The position numbers and the translations under genes are program-made. From assembly GCA_002633005.1 (NCBI GenBank), contig NMRA01000074.1, forward strand, positions 703,966 through 747,020: DNA of 43,055 nt, in the 5' to 3' direction. The stretch comes from Phoronis australis. Its lineage: Eukaryota; Animalia; Phoronida. Below the pieces are notes generated by a model. The model was given only the letters and a program-made list of their open reading frames with translations, did no database searches and was not told the DNA's origin. Shown in pieces: positions 23,731 to 35,856 of this stretch; position 1 is the stretch's first letter; every line of letters starts with the position of its first letter.

Positions 23731-24471
23731 TTTTAGCTTTTACTAAGTCAAAAAACCGGGAAAGAGTAGTGATCGTCTGGGTGGTGATGGCAAAGCAAGG
23801 AGAAGATGAACTACATGTAGCTTACAACGTACTAGGTAACACTAGAGACTACGTACGGTGAGTGTGCTAAGATGAGTTAAAGGTCTTCTAGACCGGTTAA
23901 TTATTTCTTGTTCGATTTCATTAATTATTAGTTACAAATTGGTTCCACAACTTCAGATACATTTGCATTTAGATCGACATAAAATTTAACTCCCAAAAAG
24001 GGTGAATTACAACGTAGTAGTGCCCCCTTACAAGTTTATAATTGATATTGCGCATTTCTACTGGTGCCAGTCTACACAAAATTCATATGCATAATGAGTA
24101 CATGTAAGTCCTTGTTTTGCCCAATGCAGTGAGCCCATGCATGTACAAGTGTAGTTGGCGAGCGATGGGGGATGCTAGATTTACTGTTTGATATCCTTCT
24201 GGCTAATTATGCTGTGCGTGAACTTAAAATATTGCTTAATCTCCCGGTCGGGCATGCGTGAATTTGGAATGCACGAGGAAACTTGAAAAATTCACTCAAA
24301 TAATCAAGTTCACGTTTATAGAAATTTGCACTGCACTAAATCAAATTACATGTTAATAAAGTATCGTATTTTAACCAATCTTTTTCAACTCTTGGCGATC
24401 TTATTCACAAACAATAACTGATTTAACAATTCACTTATTCCTCCTATTCTTTGACACAAGTTACGCTTAAG

Positions 24472-25336
24472 GAGAAAATGTGTGATCATGAGGCCAATAG
24501 TTACAAAAATTCTTTACACTGAACAGAATTTTTCACCCAATTGTTCAAATGAATATTCAGTTCCAAGTTCGAGCATACGCGTTCATGAGATTAAGCACAT
24601 ACGATTCCAAGTTCACGCATGGGGTTCATCTCGGTGACTTGTCGCGACGGTTAGGAAAGTTTCATGAAGCTATTCAAAGGCTGTGGGCAACTAATACTCG
24701 TCCGATGCGGGGTCGTCGTGTTCTCTGTCGGAGTTCTGGCATAAGCCTACACGAACGCATCTGATGTACATGTAATATGCTTTTTAAGCTCATCAACTCT
24801 ATGCAAACTACACATGCCCATATACTGTATCAAGTACTCTTTCAGCGGCTGGCTCGGTCACTGTTCAAGCTAATTCGGAGACAAAAGGTGGGTGATAATA
24901 ACTTAATAAATTCTAATGGGCAATTTTTGGCCGGGCTTTAAGCCTCCACTTGATAAAAGTTTGTTTGTCACAGCTGACAGAAGTTCTGCAGTTGTCCCCG
25001 CTCATTAGTATTTGTTGTTGACATATGCGGAGGCACAATGGTGTTGTTCACAACTTAATTTCTCAAAACTTGTCAGTTCACCTCAATGCCAAAATGGGCG
25101 TATTTTGCTAACACGTTGTCAGCAATTATAGCAAGAAGGCTTAAATTTCTCAGAATCTCACTCCCCAGTCCAAGCTGAAAATTGATTGCTTCGACAAAGC
25201 TTTCTGTTTGCGCATTCTTCTCGTATGAGTACCACGACTCCCCAAAGAAAACCAACAGAATAAAATGTGCTCATTGTATTCAAATTCAGCTGGAAGGTTA
25301 GTCTAACTGTGTCATGGTACACGTCATTTTTCACGT
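24472..25336. mobile_element. Possible Kolobok-like non-autonomous element
   Basis: TTAA followed by GGAGAAAATGTGTGATCATGA; a degenerate inverted counterpart CATGGTACACGTCATTTTTCAC lies near 25314-25335. No right TTAA. Confidence 0.25.
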
Positions 25337-27205
25337 AGTACTTACTCAATTAGGTACAAAAACATTGCGTGAATATCAAGCGGGGGTCATGAGGTATTCT
25401 CAGCATAACGGAGAGTAGAGTTTTGTTCCGGAGATATGAACGTAACGAACTAAAGACTGTCAATGAAAAGTGTCGTGTATTCAATAATTTCTGTATATCC
25501 AAAAGCTACATATAAAGTACATAGCATAACTTCTAAGGAAGTTTTTTGACATTTACACGTAGCTATATAATGACTTAAATTGATTAAGAACTGGTTCCCT
25601 ACAGAAACGATATGGCCTTGAGTTATGATAAGGTAAACCCCAGGTACAGTGCAACAAAGCCTCCACTTCCTCCCAGCGAGCAGACAACTTCATGTTCGTT
25701 TCACCGGACTGTTGGCGCTGGAAAAAAAGAAATATTAACTGCACCGCTACAGCATATATCAGGTCAGTAAATCACGTGCTTGACGAAATGCAATTGAAAA
25801 GTATCCCGCTACATCACCAATTCTCAAAAATATCCACAATCAATTATCCTTTTAACAAGCTACCCTCCCAGTCCTACCAGATAGAATAAGCCAAATAGAC
25901 AACTGTGGTCCAGAGTTACTTAGTTTGGAAATATCTAGTATCGCCGACGCGTTTGTGACACACAACACGCCGGATGCCTGATAACTAATATTTTGTTGTG
26001 GAGATGATTCGTTCAGTTCACTTGATGATGAGACGCACTACGTGATAATACCGGTGTTGGGACAAACCACAACGCACTGTCCAGTCGCGATCATGCTTTT
26101 CGGCCCAATGCATACTGTAAGCAAAGATCCTTCGGCTCTAGCTTTTTACCTCCGGAACATACTACAGCTTACAATAAGCACTACAGGGTGTATAGATGTA
26201 TTTCTGAACTTGAGGATTTCGAGGTTACAAAATTATATGTTGATGTTAAAATATAGAGAAATGTTACGCTGTCAGATTACGTGGAGGATTATTTAACACT
26301 GATTTTTCAAAACGCTATTCATGCGGTGCCACAAGGAAGTAACACGCAAAAGCAAGGTGAAATTGCAAAACGCACAATCAAACTGGGACTTCGTTGGGGC
26401 ATAAATACACGAAACGTGCCGAGAGTGGCGTACATGAAGTACTATCACAAGAGACAAAGTTATTCCGCGGTCGAGTGGGATATTACTTCATCAACGCCAA
26501 TCGAGATACGTTTTGTACTTATCCCATGCGCTTCGAATTCCTCTGTTTCTTTCATTTTTTCGGCAGATTTTTCAAATACTTCACACAGACTGTTCACATG
26601 GCGGATCACATCCTATATGTATGTACTTGCGCGTTAGGTTGCAAGTTTTCTCTTGTAAAAGAAACAATTTTAAAAGTAACGATTTATTTCTTGAAAAGCG
26701 ATAACAAAGATGAAAACAACGGCATCTGTGCAATGAACTTGTAACATCTCCTGGAACTAGTTAAAAATCAACAATAATTGATATTTTAGTTTCTTAGGAA
26801 TTGGCGCCTGAGTTGCAGACGGTATAGTATTCAGCAATTGAAAACTGAGACATAAGTGTCTTATAATTAACAATTTTGTTCCACATTTTACGTTTAGGGC
26901 CTGGTTGCATGGCGAGTGTTAGTTACACTGCTGCAACTGTATTACTTTAAACTACATATGTATATTCGGAAAGTTTGAGTATCGAACCGGCTGAAGACGT
27001 CGTGTCGACATATGACATACCTTTTGAAACTTCAATGTCAGAGGTCACTGTTGAAGTAGTGCGGGAGGTGAATACGGAAAACATTGCCGTATTTTCTCGA
27101 CAGATTCAACGCCCCTGGGACAAATTTACTTTACATCGAAATGACATCCTACATCAAACATTCTTTATTTTCACATTTTTGTGCACGTTTTAGAACACAT
27201 AGTAT

Positions 27206-27266
27206 TAGCCAATGAGGATTAATCGCCTGTTTGTTCCTAGGCGCATGACGAATAGCTCATTGGTTA
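27206..27266. promoter_or_regulatory. Inverted pair of CCAAT (NF-Y) boxes upstream of the GPCR start
   Basis: TAGCCAATGAG (CCAAT 27209-27213) and CTCATTGGTTA (ATTGG 27259-27263), 70-125 bp before ATG 27334. Confidence 0.4.
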
Positions 27267-27333
27267 ACAGATAATATACTGTATATCACGCAGTAAACTT
27301 CGCGCACTTAAAAGATCAATTGGCAAGGCAGTG

Positions 27334-28368
27334 ATGCAGATTTGCGTCTCAGTGATGGGTGTGTCACGGATGCACACTGTGGCGTTTCTTCTTGTGGTTT
27401 GCTGTGGCAATATACACAGCGTAGATGACTTCAACTCGTCGAAACTACTCCACTGTTACAAGTCAGAAAACACGTGTTCTGATCAAGACGTATGCATGAA
27501 GGTGAAGAAACCACGATGCGACTGCTCCATCTCCTGCTTAACATTGGGCACATGTTGTCTTGGATGGCACGGCGATCGCGTCAAGTGTCCTGGGCACAAA
27601 AAAGGTATAGACTTTGAGGTAATGGCATCCATGGTCGACTGTGTACCGTTTACAGCAAACTATCGAAAAATTGAAAATGGTTTCATTAAAGCGATTTCTC
27701 CTAGCGTTCCATTAGACGTTGCAAATGAGGTCCTCATGGTGGCCAGATGTCCGGATGGACACGAACTCAAGCATATATGTGAGGACACTACGAACGTGAA
27801 ATTTGAAATGAACGATGTCCTACGAAACAGAAGCCCCCACGTGCCTGTCATTAGTGATTCAGTACTATTCAAGAATTGCTTTTGCGCCCTTTGTAATAAC
27901 GTGAGTGCATTTGAAGCTTGGAATGTGGTGTACGTATGGGATAAGCAGTCCGGTTCACCTGATATTTCTAATGCGACAAAAGTCGGTGCAGCACCCTACG
28001 TACAAATGCTTCCAATAACATCCAACCGTGTTAAAGTGTGTTCGCAAACTCAGTGCCAAGGTAGTCATCAGTTAAAAGAGGCATGCAGGCGCCACAGTGA
28101 CCCTGTCGACGTGCTCCCTAGTTTGGACTCGGGACTAGTCTCATATGATAACGCGTATTGTGCGTTATGTGACCAACGGAACTTACGTACACAAACTCTG
28201 GTCTGCGGCCTCAACAGTAAAGCGGACGGGCAACAATCCAAGCCACGGATTAAAGTGGGCATTAGTTTGAAAGCCATCTTTAACTTCATGAACAGTGACA
28301 CCGAAAATTCAGAGGTGATTGATAATGATGCCGCCTGCGACTACGGGATGTTTCGGGACCCTCTTCTG
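27334..28368 (+). CDS. Class B (Methuselah/adhesion-like) GPCR, exon 1: signal peptide + Cys-rich SMB-like ectodomain
   Basis: Hydrophobic N-terminus (MHTVAFLLVVCCGNIHS); somatomedin-B-like CDCSISCLTLGTCC; twin F/YxNxF/YCAxC motifs (FKNCFCALCN, YDNAYCALCD). Ends CTG|gtaaga in phase 0. Start could also be ATG 27355 or 27370. Confidence 0.85.
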
Positions 28369-29001
28369 GTAAGATTTCAATGGTATTTTTTAAAAACATG
28401 ACTTGATTTTTTGATTTACATGTAGGTATCTCCAATACTGTGTTTCATCAGCCAAAACTCACTAAACTGCAAGGTCATCCAAGTATGGCAAATGTCACTA
28501 TGTAGGCCAATTACAAGCGACGCACTTAATCACGATTTTAACTTCCACTGGAGTACCTTGCGTCTAAGGTACACAGCCTTAGTGTTGGCTAAGGGATAGC
28601 GGAATCGAGCATGTGACGAAAGTTTGAGAGAATTTTTGAAAATGACTTGACAATTAATCGAGCATTTTTATCTGAAGTGCTGTTGAGTTTTCCACGAGAA
28701 TGTTGACTTATCTATAGCAAAATATGCTAGAAGTTAACAACATCACCGGTTTTACGGTTAAAAAGGATCTAGACAGGTTACTCAAACAGAGACAAGTTCA
28801 TCGCGAAAAAAGTGTCCCCAATAATGAAATTTTGGCCTACCATCACGTGAAAAGGTAAAATGTGTAAAATATATGGGTTGTGGGTTATGGGCTCATTTGC
28901 TCAATTGAAGCGGTTTTTTGAACAAGTAAACATTATATTTCTCAAAAGAAGGAAAATAACAGCAAATGCTAACTAATAAATGTCTATTAATAGAAAAGGG
29001 T

Positions 29002-29060
29002 CAACATTCACACAACATTCATTCAACATTCGCACAACATTGACACACCATTCATCCACC
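29002..29060. repeat. Degenerate ~11-bp tandem repeat (CAACATTCACA)n
   Basis: caacattcaca caacattcatt caacattcgca caacattgaca caccattcatc. Confidence 0.7.
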
Positions 29061-29229
29061 AACGCACTCTTAATGAACATGTTACCTCCAAAATTATACA
29101 TGTGCGAATAAATGTGTGTCTAACTATTCACACAGGGCTTCCCAAAAGGTGAAATTCAGGTTCTTTTTTAAACTTATGATCAGCTTTCGTCTAACTTTGA
29201 TATAATGATACAAGGAATATAATTTTTTT

Positions 29230-29840
29230 TCAAATGTAGGCATGCTGTGGTCCAAAGTACTGGCATAAAGTTAGTACATTATCAATTATTATGCCACGGA
29301 AATTGTGTTTTGCCTGGATTTTGACTTCTACATACTTCAAAAAAACTATACTTTTGAGCGATATCATTAATTTTTGATATAGCCATATGTTTGTCACTGA
29401 CATCTCTTATTCCTGATTTATAGATATTCGCTAAGAGGCAGTTGAAGTCACCTGCACAAATTATAATGTGGTTGTTAATTTATCTGTCAAGAATGGCAGA
29501 AATATTTTTCAAAAAGGACAATTAGGCACTACTTTTGTTTGGGAAATAAACATTCAAAAAACATAAGGAGAGTCATCAACCTCCGCCTCGATTCCAATAT
29601 ACCGCCCATCATTATCAGCTTTTAAATGTAAATTTTTCTTGCAAAGAATAGCTACTCCCTTACTGGGTTCCGAGCCATGCAATGCGTATATTTCACCTCC
29701 CCACTGTTGACACCAACTATTGATGGATTTGCTAGAACTAAATGTTTCTTGTAAGAACGCTACATCCACCTTTTTTCAAACGGCTGTTGACGTTTCAGGT
29801 CATAATTCAAACCCCTGCAGGTCAAAGTTATCAGGTTTAA
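29230..29840 (-). mobile_element. L1/Tx1-clade LINE ORF2 fragment (APE endonuclease), degraded
   Basis: LITLTCRGLN...DVAFLQET...WCQQWGG...HGSEPSKGVAIL...DNDGRYI...NVYFPN...CAGDFNCL...NPGKTQFPW, the ordered APE motifs of Tx1/L1 elements, with stops and frameshifts. Confidence 0.8.
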
Positions 29841-30059
29841 ACTACCCATTCCCATCCAACCAGAAGCCCCTACTTAGGCACAACAAAGAAATAGAACTAT
29901 GAGTAGTAAAGGATTCTACTGGATTCGAGGAAAAAGTAAAATGAAAGCGCTCCGAGAAGCGAAACTTGGCGAAATTAACCAAAAAAAACAGTTCATTAGA
30001 AAGAGTATACCTTAGAGAATCCACATGCAAAAATTCACGTCATTTCCTCTTCCCGTATA

Positions 30060-30570
30060 AATGGCACCTCAGCACGACTGAAAATGGGTTAAAATGCGCC
30101 AGATCCGCCATCTTGAAAGCAACTTTTGGCTTTGTCTAATAGCAAGTCATAAAAAGCTAATAACTGCAAAAATTCAAAGGAATTGGCCTTATATTGCGCC
30201 CTCTACAGGAGAAAACGTTTTCTTTTCCCGAAATCGAGGTGCGCCAATATTTCCGCCATCTTTAAACAGAAGTAAACAATTTCCGGGACACATGTAGTGC
30301 ACATCCGGTCCATTAATTGTGGTGAGTTTCAAACCCGTACGTAAAACATTGTAGCCTCCAGAAGCCTTTGAATCTTAAAATGAAAACAAAATGGCCGCCA
30401 CGGCCGCCATCTTAGATCCGATTTTGACGAAAAACAATAGGCTTCAAGTACTTCTGGAACTCCGTGTTATGTGCAAATTTCGTGATGATCGGAAGAAAAT
30501 TGCGACCTGTATCGGGTGAACAAACAAAAAAAACAAACTTGATGGAAGAAATTTATTTCGCCAAATTATG
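30060..30570 (+). repeat. Modular non-autonomous repeat (HINE-like relative)
   Basis: Recurrent CCGCCATCTT modules, TGCAAATTTCGTGATGATCGG...TGCGACCTGTA, followed by an (ACAA)n-like tract. Confidence 0.5.
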
Positions 30571-31083
30571 AGCATCGTAATCACTCACCCATGGACACAA
30601 ACGAAAAACACAAAAATAAGTGTCATTGAGAGTCCCAAAAAACACGACTTCCTGATCGTCCTCGCCTCATAACTTGAAGGCTGGCTATCCCTTGACCTGA
30701 ACATAAAATACGTCATATGACACTCATAGTTTTAATGGCTTTGATGGTTCCATCAGACGTCAACAAAAACGTACCCATCACTCGACCAACTGCCAGACGC
30801 TCTTGGGTCTGTATATGCACTTCTAAGCAGGGTATAGTTTTGCTGGGTGAGATCTTCAAGCAGGAAACAACCGGATCCCTTCAACAATTTTTTTTCTGCT
30901 TAAATACTTTGTCCCTAGTCTGGTATGAGACGAAAATTCAATTCTATCTGAATTTACTCTGGTGTAGTGTTTGCTTGGGAATGTACGCAGAAGGTGATTT
31001 GCAACAATTGGAATTATCTCCACTTTTACTCACGTAATTGTGCTATTGTGACGCCACGCCTGCATGGTTTAGAGGTTTTCAAC

Positions 31084-33095
31084 ATGTCTCAAAGAAGGTA
31101 AGCAAAAATTTTATTCAAATCATGAAATTTTCAGTTTATTGCAATTCACTTAGTAGAATAATGTGTCTAGAGCTCATAGAAAGCTTTAATTATTTGTTTT
31201 CACAAATTTTGTAAAAAATATATGCCCTTCGATAACGTCCCACAAAAGGGACGCTGGGCACAAATGGTTGCTCCTGGTAATATCATTATTCTCATTTTAT
31301 TTGGCAGGAATCTTACTGTAAATGATGCTGTTGCAATGCTGGAAGATGATGGAGCATTTCAACGGGCTGACATTTTTATGAGCCCACCTTCAGATGGTGG
31401 TATAACAGATGAGGACAGTGGAGATGAAGACAGCGGTGGAAATCTAGATAATCTTCCTGGTCGTCTCCTAACTGCTGCAGCGTCTGTAACAGTTATCAAC
31501 AGCACACGTCAACGAATGGAAGACAGTAGTGACAGCTCTGATGATGAACCACCTCTACCCAAACAACAAAGAACAAACAGTAATACCAAAAAGGCAAAAA
31601 AGCAAAAGACTGCAAGAACCTGGGTCAAACAGGACGACACAGCCCATATGACAAATTTCTGTGGCGTCAACAACCAACAGCAAACTTTGACAACTTGCCG
31701 CAGACTCCAGCAGGATTGTTCGAGTTGTTTTTTTCTGATGATGTAATTGATATGATTGTGTCAGAGACGGTGCGCTATGCTGGAACTAAAGGTGCTCGTG
31801 ATTTCACTGTTACCCAACATGAGATGAAATCGTTCATTGGCATACTCCTGGTATCCGGATACTCATCGAAACCTAGGCGCAGAATGTATTGGTCTCTTGA
31901 CGATGATTTGCACAACACAGCAGTAGTCAACACTATGTCTCGCAACAGGTTCGAGACAATAATACATGTACGTTACTTGCATTTAGTAGACAACAATGGC
32001 CTGGATGGCGCTGACAAAATGGGAAAGGTGAGACCTCTGATGGCGGCTATCATTGAGAAATGTCTCATCTATTTCAGCCGAGAGCAAAACCTGTCAATTG
32101 ACGAGTCGATGATCCCCTACTACGGGCGACATGGGGCCAAACAGTTTATTCGCGGCAAACCCATCAGATTTGGATTCAAAATGTGGGCTTTGACAACTTC
32201 TTTAGGATACGTGGTTCAGTTTGAACCATATCAAGGAAAACGAGGTCAGCAGACGGGTGACACCGCAGGGTTTGGTATGGGGGGTGGAGTCGTGCTTGAT
32301 CTGTTGGCTGAGCTACCAAAGGACAGACCATACCACCTGACCTTTGACAACTTGTTCACCTCACTGGACTTGATTGACGAGCTCTCGAGACAAGGCATTG
32401 CCTGCACTGGCACAATCCGTGCAAATCGTCTAGGAGACTGTCCCCTGACAGCAGTGAAGGAGTTCCAGAAGACACCTCGTGGTACATATGACTACTCATA
32501 CGATGCCGCAAATAATCTATGTGTTGTCAGGTGGAATGACAACAGCATTGTCAATATAGTGTCCAATCTTCACGGAGTTGCCCCCTTACAAAGAGCAAAG
32601 AGATGGTCTCGCGCAGAGAGCCAGCGCATACGGATTGACCAACCCTTTAAGATAAGTCACTACAATCAAACCATGGGTGGCGTCGACAGAATGGATCAGA
32701 ACATAGATAAGTACAGGGTATCGATACGATCAAAGATATGGTGGTGGCCGATTTTCGCCTATTGTCTAGATCTTTGTGTACAGCAAGCATGGCACCTCTA
32801 CAGAGCAACCGAAAGTGGAAAGGAGCAGCACAAAGATCTCCTGGAGGTTCGGCGTGAAATTGCTAATGTGTTGCTTATGAAGGGGAAACTAGTCTCTCAG
32901 TATGTTCCTAAATCCGTGCCTTGCTCAAAGAAAGTATTGCCTGATGTCAGATTTGACAGACTGGACCACTTCATTAACACAAGAGACACCCAGAGGCGAT
33001 GTGCAGTTTGTAAAATAAAGACAATGCGTTTTTGTGTGAAATGCGATGTTAGCCTTCACGAAAAATGCTTTATGGCATTTCATGTTGCACAATAA
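31084..33095 (+). pseudogene. piggyBac transposase (DDD, PGBD3-like) with 5' micro-exon, one frameshift and one 2-aa insertion
   Basis: Micro-exon ATGTCTCAAAGAAG|gtaagc (31084-31097) splices to ttggcag|G (31308) in frame: MSQRRNLTVNDAVAMLED...PP...TDEDSGDED...NLPGRLL. Frame change near 31643. Catalytic motifs SIDESM, FDNLF, GGVDRMDQ; C-terminal Cys-rich domain RRCAVC...CVKCDVSLHEKCF..FH; AATAAA overlaps the stop. Confidence 0.88.
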
Positions 33096-33406
33096 AGATA
33101 CTTGATACAACATTCTCATCAATCTTTGTCTTTTGTTTGACTTTCTACAACATCTAAGCATCCAAAAACAATCAATATCGTACTACATCTTTAATTTTTA
33201 CTGGTTTTAGTAGGCCTTTCTGTAGGTGGTTTATAGACCCCACATGTGCCCAGCGTCCCTTTTGTGGGACAAAAATAAAAACGTCAAAAAAACGTAAAAG
33301 AAAAGTTTCTTTCCATTTTCCTTATTCATTATGCTCATTGTATGTCTAAAGGCACATAATATCTGAATATGCAATGAAAACGCGTAGTTGGGCATAAATG
33401 GGTTAA
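31084..33406 (+). mobile_element. PGBD3-like piggyBac DNA transposon (left TIR not found)
   Basis: Transposase gene; right terminus GGCATAAATGGG (33391-33402) + TTAA target (33403-33406); perfect 26-bp internal inverted repeats at 31237-31262 and 33245-33270. No TTAA-CCCATTTATGCC left end seen, so the true left boundary is unknown. Confidence 0.9.
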
Positions 33407-34202
33407 CAAACATTGGTCTTGAATCGATTGCAGTGGATACAGAATGCCTTGTCACTCTTCCAGAGTTCAACTCTCTGATCCGGTGTACCCGATCTATCTC
33501 CGCTGCTCTAACTTTGACCTTGAAAGACTTGTCAAAAAGTCAATAACTGATTGTGTGCATTCTTCGTTTATATCTTCTTTCAAACCAAGCGTTTTCAGAC
33601 TATTTCTTCTAGAGTACTAAAATTTCATTTTCTTTCTTTAAGGTTATCTCCAACCTTATTTAGTGGTCCCTATTCTAACTCGTATATCAAAAAAACTAAG
33701 CTTTTTCAACTGGTAAAAGTATATATTTTCTGAAAGAAAAAAGGTTAGGAAATATGAAAATACTTTTTGTATTAATGTGCCATTATTATTTTTACGTATA
33801 AAACCAAATTTTATTTTTAAGAAAGGTCCATTCATACCAAAATAACCCCTCGGTCGATTTTAATGAAACTTTTTTTAAATGCAAATTTCGCCAGTTACCT
33901 CAAACAAGCGGCTAGGATTTTTTATTAGTCTTTTCTTTTGGTTTCTATGACAAATCAACTCCCAAAACGTAAGGTATCTTTGTAAAAAACGGAAGTCGTA
34001 TTCGTCCTTGCTACATTACGCAAAAAATAGGTCTTTATATCAAAAATCCTAATAGCATTTTTGAGACGGATGACTAAATATTAAATTTGGAAAGTTTCAG
34101 GGAAATCCATCCAGCCGTTTTTGAGAACTCGTGTTCCTAAGTTCAAATAAAGTCGATTTGCCGAAGCCGAGAAAGAGCTGATTAAACCTGGGACAAGTGA
34201 AA

Positions 34203-35013
34203 ATTTATTTTATTTATTTTTAATTGTGATATTTAAAATGAATGTGGCCTCTACAGTGATAGCACTACTTTCCAACAGATGAAGTAACAAAAAATACATG
34301 AAGAAGATACGATTAAAACAGGTTGAGAATTAAGACAATAAATAAATGACAAACAATGGTGAAAATTTAACTAAGGGAGATGAAATGACTCTAAACAGTG
34401 AAAGTATTTATGACAAGGAGAAAACGTTACATGATTGAGACAGGTAGCGTACAGTGTATAAAAAGGTTAGGTAAGTTACAGTCACTTTTTAATATTAAGT
34501 TTAAAAGAATTTATTGAATTGTACCGTTTAATTTCTGGGCTAATGGAATTCCATATTGTAGCCGCAGCCTAGATAAAAGATCTCTTGCCGGTTTCGATTT
34601 TAATTCTTTAAGAGAAACATTTCCAGCGACAGAAGAACGTGTAGAATATACAGCTTGACAGCTATTGAATTTTCGGCTGAGATATGCTGGAGTTAAGCCA
34701 TTGATACATCTGTACATACAACAGGCAGAGAGTTATTTATTTCTTTGGTTTGCTTTCATGAATCCCAGCTTGGAATACAAGTCATCGACCCTGGTGTCCC
34801 TAATTCTAGTACCCAGGATAGCCCTGGCGGCTCTATTTTGGATTACTTGTACTTTGCTGACAAGTGTGTCACTAGTATGTCCTCAAACCGGTAAACAATA
34901 ATTAATATGAGGCTGAATAATAGAATGGTAGAGTGTCTTAAGAGTAATGACATTTAAGAAATTCGTCTAGACGTTTAAGTACACCGATTTTATTTGATAA
35001 TTTCTTTGTAATC
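34203..35013 (-). mobile_element. 5'-truncated CR1/L2-group LINE (RT C-terminus + 3' UTR/tail)
   Basis: KKLSNKIGVLKRL...LYHSIIQPHINYCLPV*G...VQVIQNRAARAILG...LYSKLGF...MYRCINGLTPAYLS; (AATAA)n-like tail near 34203-34222 on the minus strand. Confidence 0.8.
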
Positions 35014-35298
35014 TCAAAGTCTTCGGTTAATTTTTTGGTGAAAACTTGTTTTCGGTAAACATAACCTACATGTATACAAGCCTTGTATATGTTCGCTATT
35101 TTAACATTCACTCGCAATGTCACTGAACTGATTTTGCAGTGCGTAATTAACTTAATTATCATTCAATGATTAAAACATATCGTTCCCAGGTAACTCCAAC
35201 TATTGATTGCGACCTTTTGACCTACTTTTATATAAATAGGTCACAGTACATTTTTATGCACATAGCCTGTTCACCTCACTTGCTGGGAGACTGATTAA

Positions 35299-35358
35299 CC
35301 TGGTTCCCGGGCCTCACAAGCTGACGTCACGGATAGCTTGTGAAGGCCCAGGAACAGG
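35299..35358. repeat. Imperfect hairpin/palindromic mini-element with CRE in the loop
   Basis: CCTGGTTCCCGGGCCTCACAAGCT ... AGCTTGTGAAGGCCCAGGAACAGG; TGACGTCA at 35322-35329. Confidence 0.7.
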
Positions 35359-35687
35359 GCACAACTGAGAACGATGGTTTTCATTGGCTGTCAGCTGGCA
35401 ATTAATTTTTGACCAGGAAGTTGGCGTGCGCATGCTTACATCCGGTAATACGTTACCAGGTCGCTAGGTGTCGCGAGAGTAAAAGTTATTTTGCAAGTTG
35501 CGTTTGCGGTCGGAACTCTGGTGAGGTAGCTGTTAATATTGTTATATTATCAACAAACTGAGCTGAAATTCATGTAATTATCGATTCTTTATTATGAAAA
35601 TAAATCTGAATTAACAATGGCTTCCGACTCTTTTCACTTGGCTTTTTCAGTTTCATTATAGTTGAATTCTTTGGAAAACGTCTCTTG

Positions 35688-35856
35688 AAGGGGCGGATCC
35701 AGGATTTTGAGTTGGGGGGAGGGGGCAGGGACAAGGTCAGAGTGTTTTGACCGTCAGACATTTACATCCTCAAACTGCCAAATGGAATCTGGGAGAATTT
35801 TAGGCAGGGCATGGCCCCCTTGCTGCCCACCCCCCCACCCCCTAAATCCGTCACTG
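35688..35856. mobile_element. hAT-type MITE
   Basis: Left (A)AGGGGCGGATCCAGG + G-run; right C-run + CCTAAATCCGTCACTG (reverse complement CAGTGACGGATTTAGG). Confidence 0.6.

Noticed and set aside
26042-27193. Cluster of 60-118-aa overlapping ORFs as upstream GPCR exons
   Set aside because: No motifs or convincing splice sites, and the GPCR exon already begins with a signal peptide.
31222-31307. ORF-track N-terminus MPFDNVPQKGRW... of the transposase
   Set aside because: It runs through the internal inverted repeat and polypyrimidine tract; better explained as intron following the 31084-31097 micro-exon.
28369-31325. In-frame GPCR-ectodomain/transposase fusion protein
   Set aside because: The donor is phase 0 and the transposase acceptor needs phase 2; the spliced product stops after ESYCK. 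The transposase is also frameshifted.
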